DNA from: Patescibacteria group bacterium
GTDB lineage: Bacteria > Patescibacteriota > Patescibacteriia > Patescibacteriales > UBA12465
Direction: 5' to 3'
DNA: 64,000 nucleotides
Assembly: GCA_038323715.1 (NCBI GenBank)
Contig: JBBQHF010000001.1
Span: forward strand, 45,549 to 109,548
A model generated the notes under the pieces. The model did not search any database and was not told the DNA's origin. It saw only the letters and a list, made by a program, of their open reading frames with translations. Below are positions 38,001 to 46,944 of the stretch, piece after piece; the stretch's first letter is position 1, and every line of letters begins with the position of its first letter. The translations under genes and the position numbers were made by a program.

Positions 38001-38900
38001 ATGATTGATATCAGGCTAGTTAATGATTTAGAAACAGCTAAAAAAATTTGGGAAAAATTATCGCTTCAAGAATCTCTGTATGATTTATGGGATGTTCGGT
38101 ATTGCTTGTATAAAAAAAATCCTCATCCATTTTATTTTTATGTTGCTTACGATAACGAGCAGCCCGTTGCTTTATTGCCCTTAACGTACAATGAGAAAAA
38201 AAATTATTTAGAATTCATGGCGGAAAGTTTTATTGAAGATAATCGCTTATTTTTTTCTCCCGGGTATGAATATTTGTTGGCTGATTTCTTTAAAATTAAT
38301 TTTCCCCATCCGGTAAGAGTCTACGACTTAATGGGAGATAGCAATTTGATAACCGATTTACCGCTGGAGGATTATGTTTATGTCGCCGATGTAAGCGACT
38401 GTTCTAATTTTGATGAATATTTGATAAAATATTTTCCCGATAGACATCGTCGCCACAATTTTAAAGCAATATTTAAAAATTTAGAGAAAAGGCATGAATT
38501 AAAAATAGTTTATGATGATTTTTCTGATTTAGGCAACCTGTTTGATTTAAATGTTAAAAATTTTGCGGGCGAGTCTTATCTAAGAACAAAAGCCGAACGA
38601 CAAAGCTTTACTGATTTAATTGCTCTAGAATTAGATTGGAGTATGGTCACAATTTTGGTTGATGGGTCTAAGTTGGCCATTTCTCTGTCGGTAACTTATC
38701 AAAACGTTTATTATTATTTCATTTCCGGAGCTGACAATTCTGAAGTAAAAGATATCTTTAAATATTTAACCAAGGTTAATATTGAACAGGCGATAGAGAA
38801 GGGGGTTAAAGTATTCAACTCATCTCTTGGTGATTGTAATTGGAAGCAGTATTGGCATTTTGATAAATTATCTAGGTATAAGTTCGAAAAAAATACCTAA
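38001..38900 (+). CDS. FemAB/BioF2-like (Acetyltransf_6, CelD-type) GNAT-fold protein (putative aminoacyl/peptidyl transferase)
   Basis: 299 aa. Resembles the FemAB-like GNAT family in size and in its C-terminal YYYFISGAD segment. Starts 6 nt after the ATP-grasp fusion gene. Confidence 0.4.
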   Translation: MIDIRLVNDLETAKKIWEKLSLQESLYDLWDVRYCLYKKNPHPFYFYVAYDNEQPVALLPLTYNEKKNYLEFMAESFIEDNRLFFSPGYEYLLADFFKINFPHPVRVYDLMGDSNLITDLPLEDYVYVADVSDCSNFDEYLIKYFPDRHRRHNFKAIFKNLEKRHELKIVYDDFSDLGNLFDLNVKNFAGESYLRTKAERQSFTDLIALELDWSMVTILVDGSKLAISLSVTYQNVYYYFISGADNSEVKDIFKYLTKVNIEQAIEKGVKVFNSSLGDCNWKQYWHFDKLSRYKFEKNT

Positions 38901-38964
38901 TATTAAATAAGATAATTATGCTAATTAAACAATTCTAATCAGAGCCTGGTTCTTTGTTTATTGC

Positions 38965-38993
38965 TTGACATTTGACCAAAAATAGTATATTTT
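38965..38993 (+). promoter_or_regulatory. Putative promoter of the rpsB-tsf operon
   Basis: TTGACA at 38965-38970 with a weak -10 (TATTTT) after 17 nt. About 120 nt of leader precede the rpsB start. Confidence 0.3.
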
Positions 38994-39118
38994 ATTAGTA
39001 ATAGACCCTGCCTCCTATGGCTGAGTCATTTTTAATTAATTATCATGCTCCTATAGCGAATAGCTATTATTTTCTTCCTCTTTTAGAGGCAAGGGGGCAG
39101 ACGTAACAAAGAAAAAAT

Positions 39119-39814
39119 ATGTCAAAAACACCAAGTATTGAAGAAATGCTGAAAGCCGGCATGCACTTCGGCCATCGTACTAATCGCTGGCACCCAAAAA
39201 TGAAGCAATTTATTTTTACTTCAAAGAATGGGATTTACATCATTAACTTAAAGAAGACTCAAGAAAAGTTAACCGAAGCTTTAGACTTTATGTCTAAATT
39301 AGTTTCCGAAGGGAAAAGTATTTTATTTGTTGGAACTAAAAATCAAGTTGCTGGTCCTTTACAGAAAATGGCCATTGAAATTGAACAACCTTACATTGTT
39401 GGTAAATGGTTGGGTGGTTATCTTACAAATTTTACAGTTGTTAAAAAATCAGTTAAAAAATATCTAGATTTATTAGAGAAGAAAGATTCTGGTAAATTGG
39501 AAAAATATACTAAAAAAGAAAGATTAGACTTTGATCGTGAAATTGGTAAATTAAAGGTTCGGGTTGGTGGTCTAACTACTTTAAATAAACTTCCTGACGC
39601 ACTTTTTGTTTGGGACATTAAAGAAGAAGAAACGGCCATCAAAGAAGCGCAGCAAAAGAATATCCCTATTATTGCTATTTGTGATACTAACGTTAATCCA
39701 GATGAAGTAAATTATCCGATTCCGGCTAATGATGATGCCACAAAAACAATTGCTTTAACTTTAAATGCTATTAAAGAATCTCTACTTGAAGCGAAAAAGA
39801 ACTTAAAAAATTAA
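39119..39814 (+). CDS. rpsB: 30S ribosomal protein S2
   Basis: MLKAGMHFGHRTNRWHPKMKQFIFTSKNGIYIINL. Confidence 0.9.
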   Translation: MSKTPSIEEMLKAGMHFGHRTNRWHPKMKQFIFTSKNGIYIINLKKTQEKLTEALDFMSKLVSEGKSILFVGTKNQVAGPLQKMAIEIEQPYIVGKWLGGYLTNFTVVKKSVKKYLDLLEKKDSGKLEKYTKKERLDFDREIGKLKVRVGGLTTLNKLPDALFVWDIKEEETAIKEAQQKNIPIIAICDTNVNPDEVNYPIPANDDATKTIALTLNAIKESLLEAKKNLKN

Positions 39815-39863
39815 TTGCATTAATAAAAGCGGTTATTGAACCATTTTTAATGCTTATATCAAT

Positions 39864-40658
39864 ATGGAGCTTATAAAAAAATTACGCGACCTGACTGGCG
39901 CGGGCATGGTTGATTGTCAAAAGGCTTTAAAAGAAGCTGATAATGATTTAGAAAAGGCAATTGAAATCTTAAGAAAAAAAGGAATTGCTAAGGCCGCTAA
40001 ACGCACTGATCGTGAAGCTAATGAAGGCGTTGTTAAAGTTGCGGTTAATGCGGAAAATAATGAAGGTTATATATTAGAGCTTAATTCTGAGACAGATTTT
40101 GTTTCTAGAAATGAAAAATTTCAAGTATTTGCCGAACAGGCTTTGGGGATTGTTCAGAAGAATAAACCCGAGAGTTTAGAGGCTTTGTTGGCCGCTCCAT
40201 ATGATGGGGTTACCGTTTCCGAAGCACTCGATGCCTTAAGCGGAACTATTGGAGAAAAAATGAGTATTAAACGTTTTGAAATATTGAGCGCCCCAACTGT
40301 GGCCGCCTATTCTCATTTAGGAGGCAGAATTGGAGTTTTGGTTTCTTTAGATCAACCCGGAAAAAGTGAATTAGCGGCTGACATTGCGATGCAAGTTGCA
40401 GCGGCTAATCCAAAATATTTATATCCAGAAGAAGTTTCTCCTGTAGAAATGGCAAAGGAGAAAGAAATTTATAAGGCACAGTTATTAAAAGAAGGAAAAC
40501 CGGAAGCGATGGTTGAAAAGATTGTTGAGGGTAAAATGGGTAAGTATTATTCTGAAGTTTGCTTAAATGAACAAGAATATATCAAAGAAGACAAGAAAAA
40601 GATTAAGGACATCTTGGGAGGAGCCAAAATTCTCAAGTTTGTTCGCTACGCTCTTTAG
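39864..40658 (+). CDS. tsf: Elongation factor Ts
   Basis: LIKKLRDLTGAGMVDCQKALKEADNDLEKAIEILRKKG (UBA-like N-terminus of EF-Ts). Lies downstream of rpsB. Confidence 0.85.
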   Translation: MELIKKLRDLTGAGMVDCQKALKEADNDLEKAIEILRKKGIAKAAKRTDREANEGVVKVAVNAENNEGYILELNSETDFVSRNEKFQVFAEQALGIVQKNKPESLEALLAAPYDGVTVSEALDALSGTIGEKMSIKRFEILSAPTVAAYSHLGGRIGVLVSLDQPGKSELAADIAMQVAAANPKYLYPEEVSPVEMAKEKEIYKAQLLKEGKPEAMVEKIVEGKMGKYYSEVCLNEQEYIKEDKKKIKDILGGAKILKFVRYAL

Positions 40659-40673
40659 CGGTAATTTATACAA

Positions 40674-41501
40674 GTGTTCATGCAAATAGCTCAAGTACAA
40701 TTTGCGCCTTGGGATAAGGTTTATAATTTTACCACTGCTGGATTAAATCTAGCTGTTGGGGATTATGTAATTGTGGAAACGGAAATGGGCAAGGAGCTCG
40801 GTAAAATCATTACCTTTTGTGAGTATAAAGAAGAAATTGAAAATGGCGTGGTTAAGGAAATAAAGCCAATTGTAAGAAAGGCTGATTACGAAGATGTTGT
40901 TAGGTCGGCCGATCAAGATAGAAAAAATGAGGCTTTAGAGTTTTGTCGCGCGGCAATTGAACGCGCCGGTTTGCCAATGAAATTAATCGATGTTCATTTT
41001 TCGTTTGATGGTAATAGAATAAATTTTGCTTTTATCTCTGATGGTCGGGTTGATTTTCGTGAGCTAGTAAAGGAATTGGCCGCTAAGTTTAGTGCCAATA
41101 TTCGTTTAACTCAGATTGGAACTCGTGATGAGGCTAAGGCTACCGGTGATTGCGGTCCTTGCGGACGTGGTTTATGTTGTCGAGAATTTCTGTGTGAGTT
41201 TTCTTCCATAACCTCTGAAATGGCCGAAACACAACAAGTAGTTCATCGGGGCTCTGAAAGAATTTCCGGTATGTGTGGACGTTTGATGTGCTGTTTGTCT
41301 TATGAATATGAAGGCTATAAAGAATTAGCTGGCAAGTTGCCGCCAATTGGGACTAAGGTTAATGTTGACGGTTTGAGAGGTACGGTTTGTGGTCATCATG
41401 TTTTAAAGCAGACCGTAGATGTTAAAATACCACCCGAGAAACATGACGAGAGAGACATTACAATTGAAGTTGATATTAATAGAAAGAATAAGAAAAAATA
41501 A
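40674..41501 (+). CDS. PSP1 C-terminal domain protein (RicT/YaaT-like)
   Basis: PSP1-type N-terminal region and a Cys-rich segment GDCGPCGRGLCCREFLC...MCGRLMCCLSYE typical of YaaT/RicT. Confidence 0.65.
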   Translation: MFMQIAQVQFAPWDKVYNFTTAGLNLAVGDYVIVETEMGKELGKIITFCEYKEEIENGVVKEIKPIVRKADYEDVVRSADQDRKNEALEFCRAAIERAGLPMKLIDVHFSFDGNRINFAFISDGRVDFRELVKELAAKFSANIRLTQIGTRDEAKATGDCGPCGRGLCCREFLCEFSSITSEMAETQQVVHRGSERISGMCGRLMCCLSYEYEGYKELAGKLPPIGTKVNVDGLRGTVCGHHVLKQTVDVKIPPEKHDERDITIEVDINRKNKKK

Positions 41502-41612
41502 ATATTTTTAAATAAACCAGAAATCGTCATAAAAAAGGCGATTTTTTGTTTTTATTAATTTATATTTATGTGTTATAATATAATAAATTAATAAATATAA
41601 AATATTTTATTT

Positions 41613-42623
41613 ATGAAAAAGATAAACATCGCTATTAATGGTTTTGGCCGTATTGGTCGGGCTGCTTTTAAAATTATTCACGACAGTTTTCCTAACCTAA
41701 ACGTGGTTGCGGTTAATGATTTAACTGACGCGGGGACGCTCGCGCATTTGCTGAAGGTAGATTCTTGCTACGGGCAATATGATCATAAAATAAGTACTAT
41801 TAAGGACTCTATTATTATTGATGGCGTAAAGATTCCAGTATTAGCGATTAAAGATCCGGCCGAACTTCCTTGGGCAGAAATGAAAGTTGATATTGTGTTG
41901 GAATGTACTGGGCGCTTCAGAACCAAAGAAGATTTAGGGTTGCATTTAGCAGCGGGAGCTAAAAAAGTTATTATTTCTGCTCCAGCTAAGGGCGGAGTAA
42001 AAACTATTGTTCTTGGGGTTAATGAAAATAAAGTTGGTCGCTCGGATGATATTGTCTCATGCGCATCTTGTACTACTAATTGTTTGGCTCCAGCGACTGC
42101 GGTTATCAAGAGTAATTTTGGTATTAAAAATGCTTTAATGACCACTATCCATTCTTATACCGCTGATCAAAATTTAGTAGATGGCCCTCATAAAGATTTA
42201 CGTCGTGCTCGTGCGGCTGCTTTAAATATTATTCCGACTACAACCGGAGCGGCAACCGCTACCACAGAAGCTATTCCATCGTTAAAAGACAAATTTGATG
42301 GTTTGGCAGTTAGGGTCCCGACCCCAGTTGGTTCTTTATGCGACACAGTTTATTTATTGGATAAAAAAACAACCGTGGAGGCTGTTAATAAAGCTTTTAA
42401 AAAAGCGGCGAGCGGTAAACTTAAGGGGATTATTGAAGCTTCGGAAGAGGAATTAGTTTCTACGGATATAATTGGCAACCCTCACAGCGCCGTAATTGAT
42501 TTATTGTCCACCAAAATTGTTGGTGGTAATTTACTGAAAGTCATTTCTTGGTATGATAACGAATGGGGGTACTCTAATCGTTTAGTAGAGTTGGCAGCTT
42601 ATTTAGGAAAATTTATTAAATAA
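41613..42623 (+). CDS. gap: Glyceraldehyde-3-phosphate dehydrogenase
   Basis: INGFGRIGRAAFK and ASCTTNCLAP active-site motifs. Confidence 0.9.
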   Translation: MKKINIAINGFGRIGRAAFKIIHDSFPNLNVVAVNDLTDAGTLAHLLKVDSCYGQYDHKISTIKDSIIIDGVKIPVLAIKDPAELPWAEMKVDIVLECTGRFRTKEDLGLHLAAGAKKVIISAPAKGGVKTIVLGVNENKVGRSDDIVSCASCTTNCLAPATAVIKSNFGIKNALMTTIHSYTADQNLVDGPHKDLRRARAAALNIIPTTTGAATATTEAIPSLKDKFDGLAVRVPTPVGSLCDTVYLLDKKTTVEAVNKAFKKAASGKLKGIIEASEEELVSTDIIGNPHSAVIDLLSTKIVGGNLLKVISWYDNEWGYSNRLVELAAYLGKFIK

Positions 42624-42633
42624 TTTTAAATAT

Positions 42634-43371
42634 ATGAGATTGGAAAATAAAGTTGCTATTGTTACCGGAGCTGCATCTGGTTTGGGTAAGGCCACGGCCG
42701 ATTTATTTGTAGCCGAGGGAGCTAAAGTTGTTTATTCAGATGTTTATGAATCACCAGCAGAGCTAGTTATTGACTCTGAAAAAGCGGTCTATGTTAAATG
42801 TGATGTTTCCAAACGCGAAGAAGTTGCCCAATTGATTAAAACTGCGGTGGAAAAATTTGGGACTTTGGATATTATGGTTAATAATGCCGGGGTTGGAACT
42901 ATGGGCGGGATTTTAGATGTTAGTGATGAAGTTTGGGATAAGACTATTAAAATAAATTTATACGGGGTGTTCTATGGTTCTCAGTTAGCGGCTCAGTTTA
43001 TGAAAGAAAAGGGAATTAAGGGCTCTATTGTAAATTTAAGTTCTATTTTGGGCACAGTTGGGATGCCAAGCACGGTTTCTTATTGTACTTCTAAGGGGGG
43101 AGTTGTTCAACTGACTCACGCCTCTTCTCTGGATTTAGCTCCGAGCGGAATTAGAATTAATGCGGTTGCTCCTGGTTTTATAATGACCAATATGACGAAA
43201 GACATGTTAGCCAACCCTAGCACCAATAAGATGGTTAAAGATAGCACCCCGCTGGGATATGCTGGCGAGCCTAATGATATTGCTTACGCTGCTTTATATT
43301 TAGCAAGTGATGAGGCTAAGTATGTAACTGGCACGGTTTTGCATGTTGATGGAGGTTGGACCGCTAGATAA
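42634..43371 (+). CDS. Short-chain dehydrogenase/reductase (3-oxoacyl-ACP-reductase-like)
   Basis: KVAIVTGAASGLGKA (TGxxxGxG), NNAG, and the S...YxxxK catalytic triad spacing. Confidence 0.8.
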   Translation: MRLENKVAIVTGAASGLGKATADLFVAEGAKVVYSDVYESPAELVIDSEKAVYVKCDVSKREEVAQLIKTAVEKFGTLDIMVNNAGVGTMGGILDVSDEVWDKTIKINLYGVFYGSQLAAQFMKEKGIKGSIVNLSSILGTVGMPSTVSYCTSKGGVVQLTHASSLDLAPSGIRINAVAPGFIMTNMTKDMLANPSTNKMVKDSTPLGYAGEPNDIAYAALYLASDEAKYVTGTVLHVDGGWTAR

Positions 43372-43393
43372 TTCTAGTTAGGCTATTTGTCAA

Positions 43394-44410
43394 ATGTCTA
43401 ATGATATAATTACAAAAATAGAAGAATTCGGGCTCACTGGACGTGGTGGGGCCGCTTTTCCGACAGCACAAAAGTGGTTAGCTGTTAAAAAAGCTTTAGA
43501 TACTCAAGATTTGGGTTATATTATTGTTAATGGGGCCGAAGGGGAGCCGGGGGTAAAAAAAGATGAATATATATTAGCTCATAAATCTGAGGATTTGATA
43601 AATGGGGTATATTTGGCTTATAAATTTCTAGGAAGTAAGAAAATTAAAAAGGTTTATTTTTTCTTAAAACATGAATATTATAAAAAATATTTATCAAGTA
43701 TTAAAAAAATATTAATAGACAAAAAATATAAGTCTCTAGCCGCTAAGGTTGAATTTGTGATGAAGCCGGAAACCCCTTCCTATATTTGCGGGGAAGAAAC
43801 AGCAATCTTAAATATTATTGAAGGCAAAAGACCAGAGCCAAGATTAAAACCGCCATTTCCTTCTCAAAAAGGGTTATTTGGCAAGCCGACTCTAATAAAT
43901 AACGTTGAAACGCTTTTTGATGTTAGCCTGATTGATAAAGGAGTTTATCAGGGAGAACGTTTATATACTTTATCCGGGGCAGTTGCTCATCGTGGAGTTT
44001 TTTCCTTATCACCGACTATGAGCGCCGAAGAGATATTAAGGGCGACTAATAATTACCCTAGTTTTGATTTTTTTGTCATAACTGGCGGCGAGGTTTGTGG
44101 AGAGCTGTTGCGTTCAGACCAACTACAATCCCCAGTTGAAGGTTCCTGCTTACTTATGGTTTTAGATAAAAAAAATACTGACCAGAAAAAACTTTTAGAT
44201 TATTGGTTGAAATTTTATGAAACAGAAAGTTGCGGGTATTGCTCTGCTTGTAGAGAAGGAAGCTATCGTTTGCGAGAACTATCACAACAAAAGAATTATG
44301 ACAAACAATTGTTTTCGGATTTGTTAGATAATATGGAGGAATCAAGCGTGTGTGCCCTAGGTTCGTCATTGCCACAAACTGTTAAAAGTTTTTTTGAGAA
44401 TATAAAATAA
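43394..44410 (+). CDS. Minimal NuoF-like (51-kDa-type) FMN/NAD(H)-binding flavoprotein subunit
   Basis: GRGGAAFPTAQKW (NuoF GRGGAGFPTGLKW motif) and ESCGYCSACREG....C 4Fe-4S (N3-type) ligands. 338 aa, lacking the extra ferredoxin and thioredoxin domains of HydB. Confidence 0.65.
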   Translation: MSNDIITKIEEFGLTGRGGAAFPTAQKWLAVKKALDTQDLGYIIVNGAEGEPGVKKDEYILAHKSEDLINGVYLAYKFLGSKKIKKVYFFLKHEYYKKYLSSIKKILIDKKYKSLAAKVEFVMKPETPSYICGEETAILNIIEGKRPEPRLKPPFPSQKGLFGKPTLINNVETLFDVSLIDKGVYQGERLYTLSGAVAHRGVFSLSPTMSAEEILRATNNYPSFDFFVITGGEVCGELLRSDQLQSPVEGSCLLMVLDKKNTDQKKLLDYWLKFYETESCGYCSACREGSYRLRELSQQKNYDKQLFSDLLDNMEESSVCALGSSLPQTVKSFFENIK

Positions 44411-44423
44411 ATTAAACAAAACT

Positions 44424-45248
44424 ATGGAAAACATTAATCAGCCGGAAGAACAAAAAGATATTTCGGCAAAAATTAAAACAGAAGATGTTCAAGGTAATCC
44501 CGTTGCGCCAACTTATAATAAACCAAAATTAACTCCAGTTTTTAAGATGACTGAAGACGCTCTTAAAACTTGGTGGCAAAATTTAGATAAAATTTTAAAA
44601 ATTTATTGGGAGGGGATAAAGCCAACTATAATTCCTTTAGCTGTGTCTTTCGTTTTAGCAATATTGGGTTTTGCCGTTATTAAGACGGGGTTTATTTCGA
44701 CTGCCTTAAAAGTAACCGCTACTGTTAGCGCAGTGATTACTATGGTTTTAGCGATTTATTTTTGGACAAGAGCTTATATAGGAGTATTTTTATTGATTAA
44801 AAAAAATTATACTGATGAAGCCGAGCAAACATTCAAAGAAACGAAAGAACTTTTTTGGCCCTATCTTGGTTTATCTTTTTTGACTGTTATTCTAGTTTTA
44901 TTATGGTGCTTGTTATTAATTATTCCTGGCATTATATTTGGGATTTTATATAGTTTTGCTATTTATGCTTTTTTCTTTGAAGGCAAAAAAAATATGGCCG
45001 CCATTCACCGTAGCCTAGAGTTAGCTAAGGGATATTTTTGGCCAATATTTGGTAGATTTAGTTTTTTAATGCTTCTTACTTGGTTGCTGATGATGATTAT
45101 TGCTATTCCACTAACGTTTATGCCGAAAAATGGTACTGGCGCTCAGATTTGGAATTTTATTACCCAGGTTATTAGTTGGTTAATCGGTCCGATTGCGTTG
45201 TTTTTCACTTACAATATGTATTTAGATTTAGTTAAAGTAAAGAAATAA
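44424..45248 (+). CDS. Polytopic membrane protein of unknown function, embedded in the hydrogenase module
   Basis: At least 5 predicted TM helices. Its stop overlaps the hydA start (ATAATG). Confidence 0.5.
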   Translation: MENINQPEEQKDISAKIKTEDVQGNPVAPTYNKPKLTPVFKMTEDALKTWWQNLDKILKIYWEGIKPTIIPLAVSFVLAILGFAVIKTGFISTALKVTATVSAVITMVLAIYFWTRAYIGVFLLIKKNYTDEAEQTFKETKELFWPYLGLSFLTVILVLLWCLLLIIPGIIFGILYSFAIYAFFFEGKKNMAAIHRSLELAKGYFWPIFGRFSFLMLLTWLLMMIIAIPLTFMPKNGTGAQIWNFITQVISWLIGPIALFFTYNMYLDLVKVKK

Positions 45249-46942
45249 TGACTCTCAAAATTAATAAAAAACAATTTTCTTTTATAGCCGGGCAAACCAT
45301 TTTGGATGTTGCTAAGGTAAACGGAATAAAAATACCGACTCTTTGCCACCACCCCGACCTAGATGTTAGGGCGAGTTGTCGGGTTTGCGTTGTGGAAGTA
45401 AAAGGCCAACATAAATTATGTACGGCCTGTTCTACTTTGGCAACTGAGGGGATGGATATCCAGACCGACTCACTGCGCGTGAAAAAATCACGTAATCTTA
45501 ATATTGAATTGATATTTGCCTCTCATATTGAAAAATGCGGAGATTGCATCTCGCGGTTTAATTGTGATCTTTTGAATCTAGCGCGTGATTACGGCATTAA
45601 AATAACCACCTTTAAGGATAGAAAAGAAAAGCGCAAGACTTACAAGTTCGCTAATGCTGTCGAAATAGATGGCACCCAGTGTATCGATTGTAATAATTGT
45701 GTGACCGCTTGCCACCATCAAGGAATTGATTTTTTAAAGGTGGAGGGGAGTGGTTTTAGTCAAGAAATTAAACCCGTGCGCGATAAAAACCATGCTTGTA
45801 TTTATTGCGGTCAATGTGCCAATGTTTGTCCGGTGGCCGCCGCTCAAGAGCAAGGAGAATGGCAACAGGTGGAGCGCGTTTTAAAAGATAAAAACAAAAT
45901 TGTCGTGGCGCAATTTGCGCCCTCGGTTAGAGTTTCTTTGGGCGAAGAATTCGGGATGCCTTACGGAATTAATGTGGCCAAGAAAATAAATACCGCTTTA
46001 AAAATTTTGGGATTCTCTCATGTATTTGATGTTAATTTTGGAGCAGATATTACCACGATGACTGAAGCGGATGAACTCATGGAAAGGCTGAACGATAAAA
46101 ACGCAGTTTTCCCAATGACCACTTCTTGCTGCCCGGCTTGGGTCGCTTATGCCGAATTTTACCATCCTGAATTATTGCCTCATTTAACAAGCGCCCGTTC
46201 ACCACATATTCATAGTGCCGGCGCGATTAAAAGTTATTTTGCTAAGAAGCATAAAATAGATTCTAAGAAAATTGTGGTGGTTTCTATAATGCCTTGTACT
46301 TCCAAGAAGTATGAAGCTACAAGGCCGGAGTTAAAGTATCAAGGGCGACAATTAGTAGATAATGTTATTACCACGCGTGAGCTAGCTTTTATTTTAAAAA
46401 AGAATAGAATTGATTTTAAGAGTTTAGCGGAGAGTGAAACGGAGCCAACTTTTAATGACGGCTCTGGCGCGGGAGCTATTTATGGCGCTTCTGGTGGGGT
46501 AATGGAATCAGCTCTAAGAACAGCGATTTCTTTAGCCTGTAAAGATAGTCAGGATAAACTTTGCTCTAGTCGTTTAGAATTTAAAGAAGTTAGAGGGTTA
46601 AAAGGATTTAAAGAGGCGGAGGTTGTGTTGGCGGGACATAAATTAAAAGTTGGAGTTGTTAATGGAATTGGGAATTTTGAAAAAGTCTTGCCAAAACTTA
46701 AAAAATACCATTATATAGAAGTTATGGCCTGTCCTGGCGGTTGTCTTGGTGGTGGCGGTCAGCCCATCCCCACAACTAATGCGATTAGAAAAAAGAGGTT
46801 GGAAGGCATGTATAATATAGATTCCGGTAAAAGCGTTAGAAGGGCGCATGAAAATAAATCAATGATGGCTTATTATGCTTGGGTTAAGGATAATAAATTA
46901 TCAGCTAAATTATTGCATACCAAATTTTCATCTAAAAGATAA
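45248..46942 (+). CDS. hydA: [FeFe]-hydrogenase catalytic subunit (M3-type: 2Fe-2S + His-ligated 4Fe-4S + 2x4Fe-4S + H-cluster)
   Basis: H-cluster motifs TSCCPAW (L1), MPCTSKKYE (L2), EVMACPGGCLGGGGQP (L3). N-terminal ferredoxin-type Cys clusters CIDCNNCVTAC and CIYCGQCANVCP. Confidence 0.85.
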   Translation: MTLKINKKQFSFIAGQTILDVAKVNGIKIPTLCHHPDLDVRASCRVCVVEVKGQHKLCTACSTLATEGMDIQTDSLRVKKSRNLNIELIFASHIEKCGDCISRFNCDLLNLARDYGIKITTFKDRKEKRKTYKFANAVEIDGTQCIDCNNCVTACHHQGIDFLKVEGSGFSQEIKPVRDKNHACIYCGQCANVCPVAAAQEQGEWQQVERVLKDKNKIVVAQFAPSVRVSLGEEFGMPYGINVAKKINTALKILGFSHVFDVNFGADITTMTEADELMERLNDKNAVFPMTTSCCPAWVAYAEFYHPELLPHLTSARSPHIHSAGAIKSYFAKKHKIDSKKIVVVSIMPCTSKKYEATRPELKYQGRQLVDNVITTRELAFILKKNRIDFKSLAESETEPTFNDGSGAGAIYGASGGVMESALRTAISLACKDSQDKLCSSRLEFKEVRGLKGFKEAEVVLAGHKLKVGVVNGIGNFEKVLPKLKKYHYIEVMACPGGCLGGGGQPIPTTNAIRKKRLEGMYNIDSGKSVRRAHENKSMMAYYAWVKDNKLSAKLLHTKFSSKR

Positions 46943-46944
46943 TT

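Noticed and set aside
38965-39118. Structured rpsB leader as an S2 autoregulatory element
   Set aside because: There is a long leader with small hairpins (cctcttttagagg), but I cannot identify the conserved S2-binding pseudoknot from sequence alone. It is recorded only as a low-confidence promoter.
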